From contig JAERTI010000018.1 of the NCBI GenBank assembly GCA_016844925.1, forward strand, positions 1,221-65,220: a stretch of DNA of 64,000 bases, written 5' to 3'. The notes under the pieces were generated by a model. The model ran no database searches. It saw nothing but the letters and a program-made list of their open reading frames with translations, and was not told the DNA's origin. How positions within the stretch are numbered: the stretch's first letter is position 1; each line of letters starts with the position of its first letter. Below, in pieces: positions 8,127-15,869 of the stretch. The translations under genes were made by a program, and so were the position numbers. Origin of the DNA: Candidatus Uhrbacteria bacterium. GTDB lineage: Bacteria; Patescibacteriota; Patescibacteriia; UBA9934; GWF2-40-263.

Positions 8127-10061
8127 TCACAGCTGGCTGTTGGACGTGTATCCGTTACCAGCACTCTCAAGGCCCGTCGTCGGGTCCCAACTCACCGAGA
8201 GGAGCCACTCTTCCCAGCTCGTCCCGTTGTCCTGCAGGTCGCACAAGTCCGACCCGCCGTAGCAGAAGCTTGCCCCCTGCCACCAGTACCAGTTGCTCAT
8301 GTCGCTCTCCGGCGCTCCTCCATCGGTTCCCACACTGGAGACCAGCGTGAGGTCGACGGTGCAGTCACCGTAGAAGTCAGAGAAGTCGATCTGGTAGTAG
8401 CCGTCGGACGAGTACACCAGGTCGGAGGTGGTGAGGGCGCCGCCGAAGCATCCTCCATTTCCGTAGACGAACGCCGGCAGACCACTGAGCATCGTGGAAA
8501 TCCAGAGGTCGTCCGCCATGGCGAGCGTCTCAGGCGCGCCATCTTCATCCACGTCGAGGATGCAGACGTCGTCACCACCACAATCCGTCGCGGTCGAGAT
8601 CGCCTCTTCCTCTTCTTCCTCATCGACAGACTCGTCTTCTTCCTCTTCCGGGATAGACTCTTCCTCTTCCACCTCATCGTCATCGTCGTCATCGACGCCG
8701 CCCGTGCTCCCAGAGCCCAGGTCCATGCCGCCACCACAGGTGGTCACGGCATCCATGTCGATGCAGCCGACGTCGGCGGTGCAGCTGCCCGTGTCGTGCA
8801 GCAAGCTCACCGCGCCGTCCTCCACTTCCATCACCGTGCGAGAGGCGAACCCCATCATGAGGTACACATCCCAACTGATGATGGGCAGCGCGTCGTCGCC
8901 GTCGATGGCGTAGACGTCCGAGGTGGCGTACTCACTCACGAGCGTGCCCGAGCGGAACCCAGCGTAGCCACCCCTCTCGGGCCAGTCCATGATGTACTCG
9001 CCCAATCCCCCGCTAGTCGGAGGCGGATCGCTGACGGTGTAAGACAACCCCCAGGACTGCAGCACCGAGAACCAGGCCGTCTGACGAACCTGCTGCCGGT
9101 ACCGATCCGAGTCACTCTCGGCGCCCACGACCAGCCAGAGATCGCCCTGCTCGTCGTAGACCGCATCGATCAGCGTCTGCTCCGTGAAGGACGAGGCGTC
9201 GCCGTAGCAACCCAGCTCCTCATCGGAGATGAGGACAACCTCATCGAAGTCGTAGCCCAGCGACCAGAACACGCTTTCGTCCTGGATCCATCGCAGGTCA
9301 CCCTCGTCCAGGACGTAGGTACGCGCGTTGTTCGGCGTCTTGACGAGCGTCCCATCGGGATGCCACATCGTCACCGGCAGCGCGGACTCGTAGAAGCTCC
9401 CCTGCACAGGATCACCTTCGGACGTAAGTCCACAGATGAAGTCCGAGGAACCGATGATCTGAGGCTCGCCGTACACCGTGGCGTCGGCAGCCCAGTAGTT
9501 CACCTCGACGGACGTACCATTGGTGGCATCGAGTGCCGCATTCCCCTCGTGGAGCCCCACATGGACATGATCGCCCGAGCAGTTGCCCGTGCACCCCTCG
9601 TAGCCGATGAGCTGGCCGACCACGACTTCCTGACCGTCCTGGATGAAGATGTCGTCCAGGTGTGCCACCACCGCGTAGCGTCCGTCACCGACGTCGATGT
9701 TGACGTGGTAACCGAAGCCACTGGTCGCAGAGTTCATGTGCACATAGGCCACACCACCGATGGGTGCGTAAATCTCGTCATCGACGTTGTTGTCCGTGTC
9801 CAGGTCGATGTCGTAGCGCGTCGAGTCCGAGCTGTGCGAGTGGGAACCATCGACTCCCTGCGTGCACAGACTCTCCGTCCCCACCGGGAACGGAAGCTGA
9901 AGCACGATGCCGTCGCCGCCCTGGTCGGACGAACTGCTCGCATCCTCTGCCAAGGACGGAAACAGCTCGTGGGGCGTGCAGCCCGTCATGGAGACCATTG
10001 CCATCACACTGATGAGCAGCACGCTGAAGTTGAAGTTGCTCTCGAAACGATTGAAGGACAT
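8127..10061 (-). CDS. M23 family metallopeptidase-domain lipoprotein (GC-rich)
   Basis: lipobox-like MTGC; H...DIDLD and HVHVG zinc ligands; GCTGNCSGDHVH; acidic linker; SD GGGAGG. Confidence 0.85.
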   Translation of the reverse strand: MSFNRFESNFNFSVLLISVMAMVSMTGCTPHELFPSLAEDASSSSDQGGDGIVLQLPFPVGTESLCTQGVDGSHSHSSDSTRYDIDLDTDNNVDDEIYAPIGGVAYVHMNSATSGFGYHVNIDVGDGRYAVVAHLDDIFIQDGQEVVVGQLIGYEGCTGNCSGDHVHVGLHEGNAALDATNGTSVEVNYWAADATVYGEPQIIGSSDFICGLTSEGDPVQGSFYESALPVTMWHPDGTLVKTPNNARTYVLDEGDLRWIQDESVFWSLGYDFDEVVLISDEELGCYGDASSFTEQTLIDAVYDEQGDLWLVVGAESDSDRYRQQVRQTAWFSVLQSWGLSYTVSDPPPTSGGLGEYIMDWPERGGYAGFRSGTLVSEYATSDVYAIDGDDALPIISWDVYLMMGFASRTVMEVEDGAVSLLHDTGSCTADVGCIDMDAVTTCGGGMDLGSGSTGGVDDDDDDEVEEEESIPEEEEDESVDEEEEEEAISTATDCGGDDVCILDVDEDGAPETLAMADDLWISTMLSGLPAFVYGNGGCFGGALTTSDLVYSSDGYYQIDFSDFYGDCTVDLTLVSSVGTDGGAPESDMSNWYWWQGASFCYGGSDLCDLQDNGTSWEEWLLSVSWDPTTGLESAGNGYTSNSQL

Positions 10062-10328
10062 GGCGCCCCTCCCTTTCCATGTGGTTGGACGGGTTGGGTG
10101 CCATGACGGTCAACCTTCCCGGCCGGCACACCAGGCCTGGCATGCCGCGCCGTGACCGTTGACCGGTACGGTTCGATACATGAATGCGCCCCCCACTTCA
10201 CCCTCATGTATCGGATCGTGATCGAGCAAGCCGCATCGACGAGCTATAGTGTGTGGTCGTCGAGTCTGTGCCCGACAACTTCTTTCACACTGCATCTCGT
10301 CCGAGGAAGCCTGCGTTGATCTATTTCC

Positions 10329-10357
10329 AGAACACCAAACATTTCCCGGAGGGTCAA
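10329..10357 (-). promoter_or_regulatory. putative sigma70 promoter of the M23 gene
   Basis: TTGACC-N17-TGTTCT (weak -10). Confidence 0.35.
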
Positions 10358-10423
10358 ACGATTTTTCGCTAAAATACGGGCTATTTTTGTAAAGGTTGAT
10401 CCGACATGACAGATAAGTGAATC

Positions 10424-10453
10424 AAAAACACCCTGGAATCCCAAGGCGTTTTT
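10424..10453 (-). terminator. intrinsic terminator after serS
   Basis: AAAAACACCCTGG...CCAAGGCGTTTTT imperfect hairpin with flanking T-tracts. Confidence 0.55.
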
Positions 10454-10498
10454 CTGTTCGGATTATGGCGAAAAGCTTTGTGTGGGTAACACGGCTGT

Positions 10499-11761
10499 TT
10501 ACCCGCGTTTTTCAATGCGATCTTTTCCAACGTACCCACGGAGAACTTCTGGAACAACAATGGATCCGTCGGCCTGCTGATAATTCTCCATGATGGCGAT
10601 AAGCGTGCGACCGATGGCAAAGGCCGTTCCGTTGAGTGCGTGTGCGAATACATTCCCTCCCTCGCGACGAATGCGTGTATTGAGTCGACGTGTTTGATAG
10701 TCGGTTGTATTGGAAGTAGAGCTAGTCTCTCGATACGCTCCCTGTCCTGGCATCCAGGTCTCAATGTCGTACGTGCGTGCAGAAGGACTTCCTGTATCTC
10801 CTGAAGCTAGGCGCACCACTTGGTGTGGCAAGTTCAGGCCCTGCATCATTTTTTCCTCGATGGAAAGAATCAACTCGTGCTCTTCATCAGAGTGCTCTGG
10901 GGTGGTGAATGAGAACATTTCAACCTTATCGAACTGGTGCACTCGCAAGATACCTCGCGTGTCCTTTCCATAAGAACCCGCCTCACGCCGGTAACACGGA
11001 GAGAACCCAAGGTAGCGCAATGGAAGCTTGCTCTCATCAAGAATCTGTTTCATGTGCATGGGTCCGATTGACTGCTCGGATGTTCCGATGAGCACCATGT
11101 CGTCATTCTTCAAATGATAGATCTCTTCCTCTCCCCCGCGCTCAAGGTATCCCATGGCCCCCATGGCCTGCGTGCTCACAATGTGAGGTGGAATGACGGG
11201 AACAAATCCCTCGGCCATGGCCGTCTGCATCGCGTACTGCACCAGAGCAAACTCCAGGAGCACGGCATCCCCCTTAAGGTACACAAAACGCGCACCGGAA
11301 ACCTCGGCCGCACTGGACATGTCGATGATGTCGAGTGCTTCACCCAAGTCGAGATGATCTTTTGGTTCAAAATCAAACGTGGTTGGCTCACCAAACTTCC
11401 GCAGTACCTCATTAGCAGACTCATCGGGTCCGATAGGTACATCTTCTCGCAAAAAGTTTGGATAGCGGCGCAACTCTTTTCCAAGCGCTTGCTCAACTTC
11501 AGATAGCTTGGCCTCAGCTTCCTTCACCTTTGCCTTCAGCTCCTTTCCCTCAGCAATAAGAGCTTCTCTATTGTCTCCCGCCTTAGGGATCTGTGAGGCG
11601 ATTTCATTTCCACGCGTGCGGAGCGTTTGAACTGTTTCAATAGCCTTAAGACGCTCACCATGAAGCTCTGTGGCAACGGAAATATCGATATCTTTATTCC
11701 GATTTTTGATGTTTTGTGCCACGAGCTCAGGCTCGTCAAGAATTCGCTTGATATCAATCAT
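10499..11761 (-). CDS. serS: seryl-tRNA synthetase
   Basis: MIDIKRI start; LIGTSEQ, CYRREAGSYGKDTRGILRVHQFDKVE, HALNGTAFAIGRT. Confidence 0.97.
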   Translation of the reverse strand: MIDIKRILDEPELVAQNIKNRNKDIDISVATELHGERLKAIETVQTLRTRGNEIASQIPKAGDNREALIAEGKELKAKVKEAEAKLSEVEQALGKELRRYPNFLREDVPIGPDESANEVLRKFGEPTTFDFEPKDHLDLGEALDIIDMSSAAEVSGARFVYLKGDAVLLEFALVQYAMQTAMAEGFVPVIPPHIVSTQAMGAMGYLERGGEEEIYHLKNDDMVLIGTSEQSIGPMHMKQILDESKLPLRYLGFSPCYRREAGSYGKDTRGILRVHQFDKVEMFSFTTPEHSDEEHELILSIEEKMMQGLNLPHQVVRLASGDTGSPSARTYDIETWMPGQGAYRETSSTSNTTDYQTRRLNTRIRREGGNVFAHALNGTAFAIGRTLIAIMENYQQADGSIVVPEVLRGYVGKDRIEKRG

Positions 11762-11794
11762 ACGGCTGATAGTTTGCCTGAAACCGCCCAAAAT

Positions 11795-11820
11795 GAAAAG
11801 ACGAGGTGTAAAACCTCGTC
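11795..11820 (-). terminator. intrinsic terminator after the GC-rich kinase gene
   Basis: GACGAGGT-N5-ACCTCGTC stem followed by TTTTCATTTT on the minus strand. Confidence 0.7.
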
Positions 11821-11841
11821 GTCGTAGCGTAGGCCGTGTGC

Positions 11842-13746
11842 CTACTTGATCCCCGTACATCGCCCGAAGCGGATGTTACAGGTGATCTTCACCGGTGTGC
11901 CTTGGGCGACCGTGATGGTGCCCTCTTGGGGGGTATCTCGACCCTCCATGGTCACCAAGGCGCTGTAGACGCCCGGTGGCACATTGACCGACTGGCCGCC
12001 ACGCGTGAGCATGTACGTTCCACCCGGACCACTGAGCTTCACCGTGGCAACGGTTCCGCCCGGCAGCGTCAGTTTCACATCGACCCCAGTGGAGGCAAGC
12101 GACTCAACCACCTCGGGTTCGACTTCAGCCACCACCGGCTCCTCGACCTCACCACGAGACTCGGGAACCACTTCGGGCTCGCGAACCTCGGTTGGTGCAG
12201 GAAGCTCGAGCACTGGGTCAGGGGTGACCTCTAGGGTCGGTTCGACCTTCAACGTCACCTCGGGCGGATCGGACGTGGGCGGGACCAGCGGCTCAGTGAC
12301 CACCTCGACGATCTCCGTCGTCTCATCCGCAGGTGGCGTTTCCACCACCTCTGATGTGGACATCGTAGAGATGACCCAGAGGAACCCTCCCCCGAGCAGT
12401 GTCATGACCACGACCATCAGTGCGATCGCTCGCACGGGTCGCCGACGATCCTCACGCTCCTGCTCCTCTCGGAGCCGTCGCGCTTGCTCGGTCTCGAGCA
12501 CCCCCTCATGGAAGGTGCCCATGGGCAGGGCACCGTCGGCCCGCGTGGCATCACCCACGACCTCCGAATCCCAGGGATTCAAGGTCACACCGGCCGCCTG
12601 TTGCCTGATCGGCCCGGGAGGCAAGTGTGGCACCCCGCTGACATGCGAGGACAGACCATCCTGTGCGGAAACCGCATCGGGCATCGCGCGCGTTGGCGAC
12701 GGACCATCGTCCGGGTGCGGAGCAATGGTCATGCCACCGCGATGAGCGGCGACATCCGACGGTGACACCTCCGATCCCACCGCTACGCTGGGCAGCTCAT
12801 GAATCGACTGTGTCTCCTGAAGCTTGCGCGCAAGCAGAACCTTGGGAGCGGTTCCCAGCCCCGGCAAGTCTTCCGGGTCTTCGGGCAGAGACGCCATCTG
12901 ATGATCGAGCTCGTCGATCATCTCCTGCGCGCTCTGGTAGCGCGTGTCCGGATCCTTGGCCGTGGCCATGAGAATCACGCACTCGAGCTCGCCAGGAATC
13001 CCTTCCAGAAGGGCCTCGTCGGCCTCGCGCTGGAAGTAGAAGTCGTTGCCGCTGCGTGGGTACTCCCCTCGCAACAGGCACCAGAGCATGACCCCCACGG
13101 CGTGGATGTCCGCTCGATGATCCGCTGAGGATGCATCGATCTTCTGCTCAGGCGACATGAACGCAAGCGTTCCCATCGCCGTCCCCTCGCGCGTCAGGTG
13201 GGCCGTTCCCTCCTGCAGCTTGGCGATGCCGTAGTCGGCCACCTTGACCTGACCGCGCTTGGTGAAGAGCACGTTCTCGGGCTTGATGTCGCGGTGATAC
13301 ACCGGCGAGGAGTTCCCATCGGGATCCACGAAGGTGTGACCGAAGGCGAGCGCGCGCAGCACATCGATGGTCACGCGAGTCGCCTGGCGCGGACTGAGCG
13401 CCCCGAAGGCCTCCATGTGATCCTTGATGGTTCCGCCTGAGCAGTACTCCATCAAGATGTACGGCATGCCGTTCACCGTGTCGACGTCGTAGACGAGCAG
13501 AACGTTCGGGCTTCGCAACATCTCCATGACGCGCGCTTCCCGAATGAACCGCTCCCGCATGACCGTCGACCGCAGGTACGGACCATGCACGAGCTTCATC
13601 GCCCTGAGGGTCCGAAGCTCCTTGTGACGCACGAGCGCCACATAGCCAACTCCACCCGCCCCAAGAATCTTGACGACCTCGAAGCGCTGGAGCGGAGCGA
13701 TCATGCGCTGCAGTTCTTCTACAGCAGCCTGTTCGTCAATGTCCAT
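11842..13746 (-). CDS. membrane-anchored Hanks-type Ser/Thr protein kinase (GC-rich)
   Basis: GAGGVGYV, AMK, HRDIKPEN, DYGIAK, GTLAFMSPEQ; TM helix; Pro/Glu linker; small C-terminal beta domain; start MDIDEQ after SD GAGGAGG. Confidence 0.92.
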   Translation of the reverse strand: MDIDEQAAVEELQRMIAPLQRFEVVKILGAGGVGYVALVRHKELRTLRAMKLVHGPYLRSTVMRERFIREARVMEMLRSPNVLLVYDVDTVNGMPYILMEYCSGGTIKDHMEAFGALSPRQATRVTIDVLRALAFGHTFVDPDGNSSPVYHRDIKPENVLFTKRGQVKVADYGIAKLQEGTAHLTREGTAMGTLAFMSPEQKIDASSADHRADIHAVGVMLWCLLRGEYPRSGNDFYFQREADEALLEGIPGELECVILMATAKDPDTRYQSAQEMIDELDHQMASLPEDPEDLPGLGTAPKVLLARKLQETQSIHELPSVAVGSEVSPSDVAAHRGGMTIAPHPDDGPSPTRAMPDAVSAQDGLSSHVSGVPHLPPGPIRQQAAGVTLNPWDSEVVGDATRADGALPMGTFHEGVLETEQARRLREEQEREDRRRPVRAIALMVVVMTLLGGGFLWVISTMSTSEVVETPPADETTEIVEVVTEPLVPPTSDPPEVTLKVEPTLEVTPDPVLELPAPTEVREPEVVPESRGEVEEPVVAEVEPEVVESLASTGVDVKLTLPGGTVATVKLSGPGGTYMLTRGGQSVNVPPGVYSALVTMEGRDTPQEGTITVAQGTPVKITCNIRFGRCTGIK

Positions 13747-14683
13747 GCCCGTCGTCCTCCTCTGATGGGGTGGTGAACTCGACGGTCGGCTTGCCCGTAC
13801 CGTCACGACCGAAACGCACATGCATCCCGATCCCGACACCGGCCAGGGCCAACCCTGCCGAGCCCGAGACGACAGCCGCCGTCCCGAATCCGTTGGTGTT
13901 CCGCTCGTAGCGAGCGAGATCCGCGTCCGGTGTGGACGGATCCTCGTACTGCGCCTTCTGGCTCATGGCGATGCCGTAGAAAACACCACTGGTGAGTACC
14001 GTGACTCCCGCCACGGCATACCACGGACGCGGGTCCTTCAAAACCACCGTCCGAGAGACACCCAGATCCTCAGCCGTGAGGCCATGGGGGTTCTTCTCGT
14101 CTGCGTGCCAATGCGGCAGCGCTTCACCGGGTTCGATGTAGCGCGTCTCCAGCCAGAGATCACCAGGCCCGTAGACCTGAACGATCACCGGCGTCTCACT
14201 GAACCGAGGCGCGTTGCGCACCCCCGAGACCATGACGTAGCCACCCACCGGTGGGTAGACCGGCTCGGCCTCGCCATCGGGCACATGCGCCGCCTCCTCG
14301 TACAGAGCGATGAGCGGGTGCCCAGCGTCGATGATGTCCTCGGGGAACTTGTACCCCGGGTCCAGACGGAGGCTGGCATGCAGCTCCGCGACCACGCGAG
14401 CATCGTTCCCGTTGATGAACGCCTCGAGCGCCATCAACCGATGGAAGCTCGCCGCCCCTTGGCGGGTCAGCTTCTCGCTCAGGCACGGAAGAATCTCCGT
14501 GCGCGCCAGGCTCGACTGCGTCAGCAGTGCATCGGCGTCCAGTTCCCCGAACGCCGCGACCCCGACCTCGACCGTTTCCACGAGCTGCTCGCTCGTCGTG
14601 GGCTCCTCACAGGCAGCAATGGCCGCCCGCGGAACCAGTAGGCTCAGCAGGGCAACCCCGCAGCAGATGATCAGCTTCATCAC
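13736..14683 (-). CDS. secreted/membrane hypothetical protein overlapping the kinase start (GC-rich)
   Basis: signal peptide; helical domain; C-terminal Gly/Ala-rich hydrophobic hairpin; 11-nt overlap with the kinase; SD GAGGA. Confidence 0.8.
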   Translation of the reverse strand: MMKLIICCGVALLSLLVPRAAIAACEEPTTSEQLVETVEVGVAAFGELDADALLTQSSLARTEILPCLSEKLTRQGAASFHRLMALEAFINGNDARVVAELHASLRLDPGYKFPEDIIDAGHPLIALYEEAAHVPDGEAEPVYPPVGGYVMVSGVRNAPRFSETPVIVQVYGPGDLWLETRYIEPGEALPHWHADEKNPHGLTAEDLGVSRTVVLKDPRPWYAVAGVTVLTSGVFYGIAMSQKAQYEDPSTPDADLARYERNTNGFGTAAVVSGSAGLALAGVGIGMHVRFGRDGTGKPTVEFTTPSEEDDGHGH

Positions 14684-14752
14684 GTCCTCGCATTCGTGGT
14701 AGGAAGGTTTTCTCGTAAAGAGCGGCGTCCGACCGGAGCCGAACGAGGCCGT

Positions 14753-14781
14753 TTTTTAGCACTTTGAGGCCACGAGGTCAA
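14753..14781 (-). promoter_or_regulatory. sigma70 promoter of the kinase operon
   Basis: TTGACC-N17-TAAAAA with TG extension. Confidence 0.55.
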
Positions 14782-14890
14782 TATAACACTCATGACCCAC
14801 AGAAATCGAAATTCTCATTTTTATCCACATTTTCACCAATCAAAAAACCATTCTTTTGACTAATTTTTGACACGTTTGACCATGCAGCTA

Positions 14891-14919
14891 TTGACAAAAC
14901 GCCGAAAACTCCGTCTAAT
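14891..14919 (+). promoter_or_regulatory. sigma70 promoter of lipoprotein gene 15093
   Basis: TTGACA-N17-TCTAAT. Confidence 0.55.
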
Positions 14920-15092
14920 GTCTATAGATAGCTCTTTGCAACCGGCCAAACTCATGGCCTTGGCTGCAGGCACAAGGGAGGAATTTTTTATTCCCTTGTG
15001 CCTGCGGCCGAAAGGCCAAAGCCCGCGGTGGGCTAGCAGGATCAACTTCCCGCACTCCACACACGTGGAGACGGGGCAGAAAGGAGTCAGAG

Positions 15093-15794
15093 ATGACCCG
15101 CTACCTGAGCCTGCTCGCGCTGGCCCTGCCCCTCGCCTTCGTGGCGGGGTGCGTGGACGGCACCGGCGAGAACCCCGACGACTGTGTCGACGGCGACTGC
15201 AGCGACACCAACGACTGCACCGACGGCGACTGCGTGGAGAACGGAGAGTTCCTCGCCCGCCTGCACCTGCTGGCGCCCAACGGCGACCACGCGGACTACA
15301 TGGCCGACGCCCCCGACGATCTCGTCTTCATCGGTGACTTCAAGATCGGCACCGAGACCCACGAGAACACCAGCGAGTGCTGGCACGAGGCCCACGCCCC
15401 GGAGAACGACCTCTTCGTCTCCTTCTCCGGCGACGGCTTCAGCTGCGCCCTGCAGTACGTGGACATCGTCTCGGGCGACAACGGCTACGACGTCGACGTC
15501 CTCTGGGACGGCGTCGCCCCGTGGATCGACGAAGACGGCGGCCCCACCTGCGCCCTCGACCCGGACGGTGAGTACACCGGCCACGATGTGCGAACCTCGC
15601 ACAACGATGACGGAGAGGTCGTCATCCACATCGACACGGGACAGACCGCTCCGATCGTCGGCAACGAGTTCTACTTCGAAGAGGACGGCGTCCTGCTCGA
15701 AGGCTGGGTCGCGTGGGATCTCTCGGAGATCTACTACCACGAGATCACTGCCGCCGGCAACGAGCGGGAGCAGACCATCTACCTGGAGGACTAA
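15093..15794 (+). CDS. acidic hypothetical lipoprotein (very GC3-rich)
   Basis: lipobox VAGC; DCxDGDC repeats; SD AAGGAG; first 30 codons all end in G/C. Confidence 0.85.
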   Translation: MTRYLSLLALALPLAFVAGCVDGTGENPDDCVDGDCSDTNDCTDGDCVENGEFLARLHLLAPNGDHADYMADAPDDLVFIGDFKIGTETHENTSECWHEAHAPENDLFVSFSGDGFSCALQYVDIVSGDNGYDVDVLWDGVAPWIDEDGGPTCALDPDGEYTGHDVRTSHNDDGEVVIHIDTGQTAPIVGNEFYFEEDGVLLEGWVAWDLSEIYYHEITAAGNEREQTIYLED

Positions 15795-15803
15795 CCCTCC
15801 TCC

Positions 15804-15832
15804 GCCCAGTCATAAGCTGGGCTATTTATTTT
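15804..15832 (+). terminator. terminator after lipoprotein 15093
   Basis: GCCCAG-N7-CTGGGC followed by TATTTATTTT. Confidence 0.5.
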
Positions 15833-15837
15833 GAATC

Positions 15838-15869
15838 AAAAAAAGGACAGGTTCACCCTGTCCTTTTTT
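15838..15869. terminator. bidirectional intrinsic terminator
   Basis: AAAAAAGGACAGG...CCTGTCCTTTTTT between convergent genes. Confidence 0.75.

Noticed and set aside
8796-10106. long antisense ORFs (also 11984-12745, 13820-14641, 31352-32257, 59118-60596, 61209-62780)
   Set aside because: Shadow ORFs expected from codon bias or repeats opposite well-supported genes.
10107-10165. integron attC site (AAC...GTT inverted repeat)
   Set aside because: Does not fit RYYYAAC/GTTRRRY, lies upstream of the gene, and no integrase or cassette array is present.
14821-14829. oriC
   Set aside because: Only one perfect DnaA box, no dnaA/dnaN nearby, and no switch in gene-strand bias.
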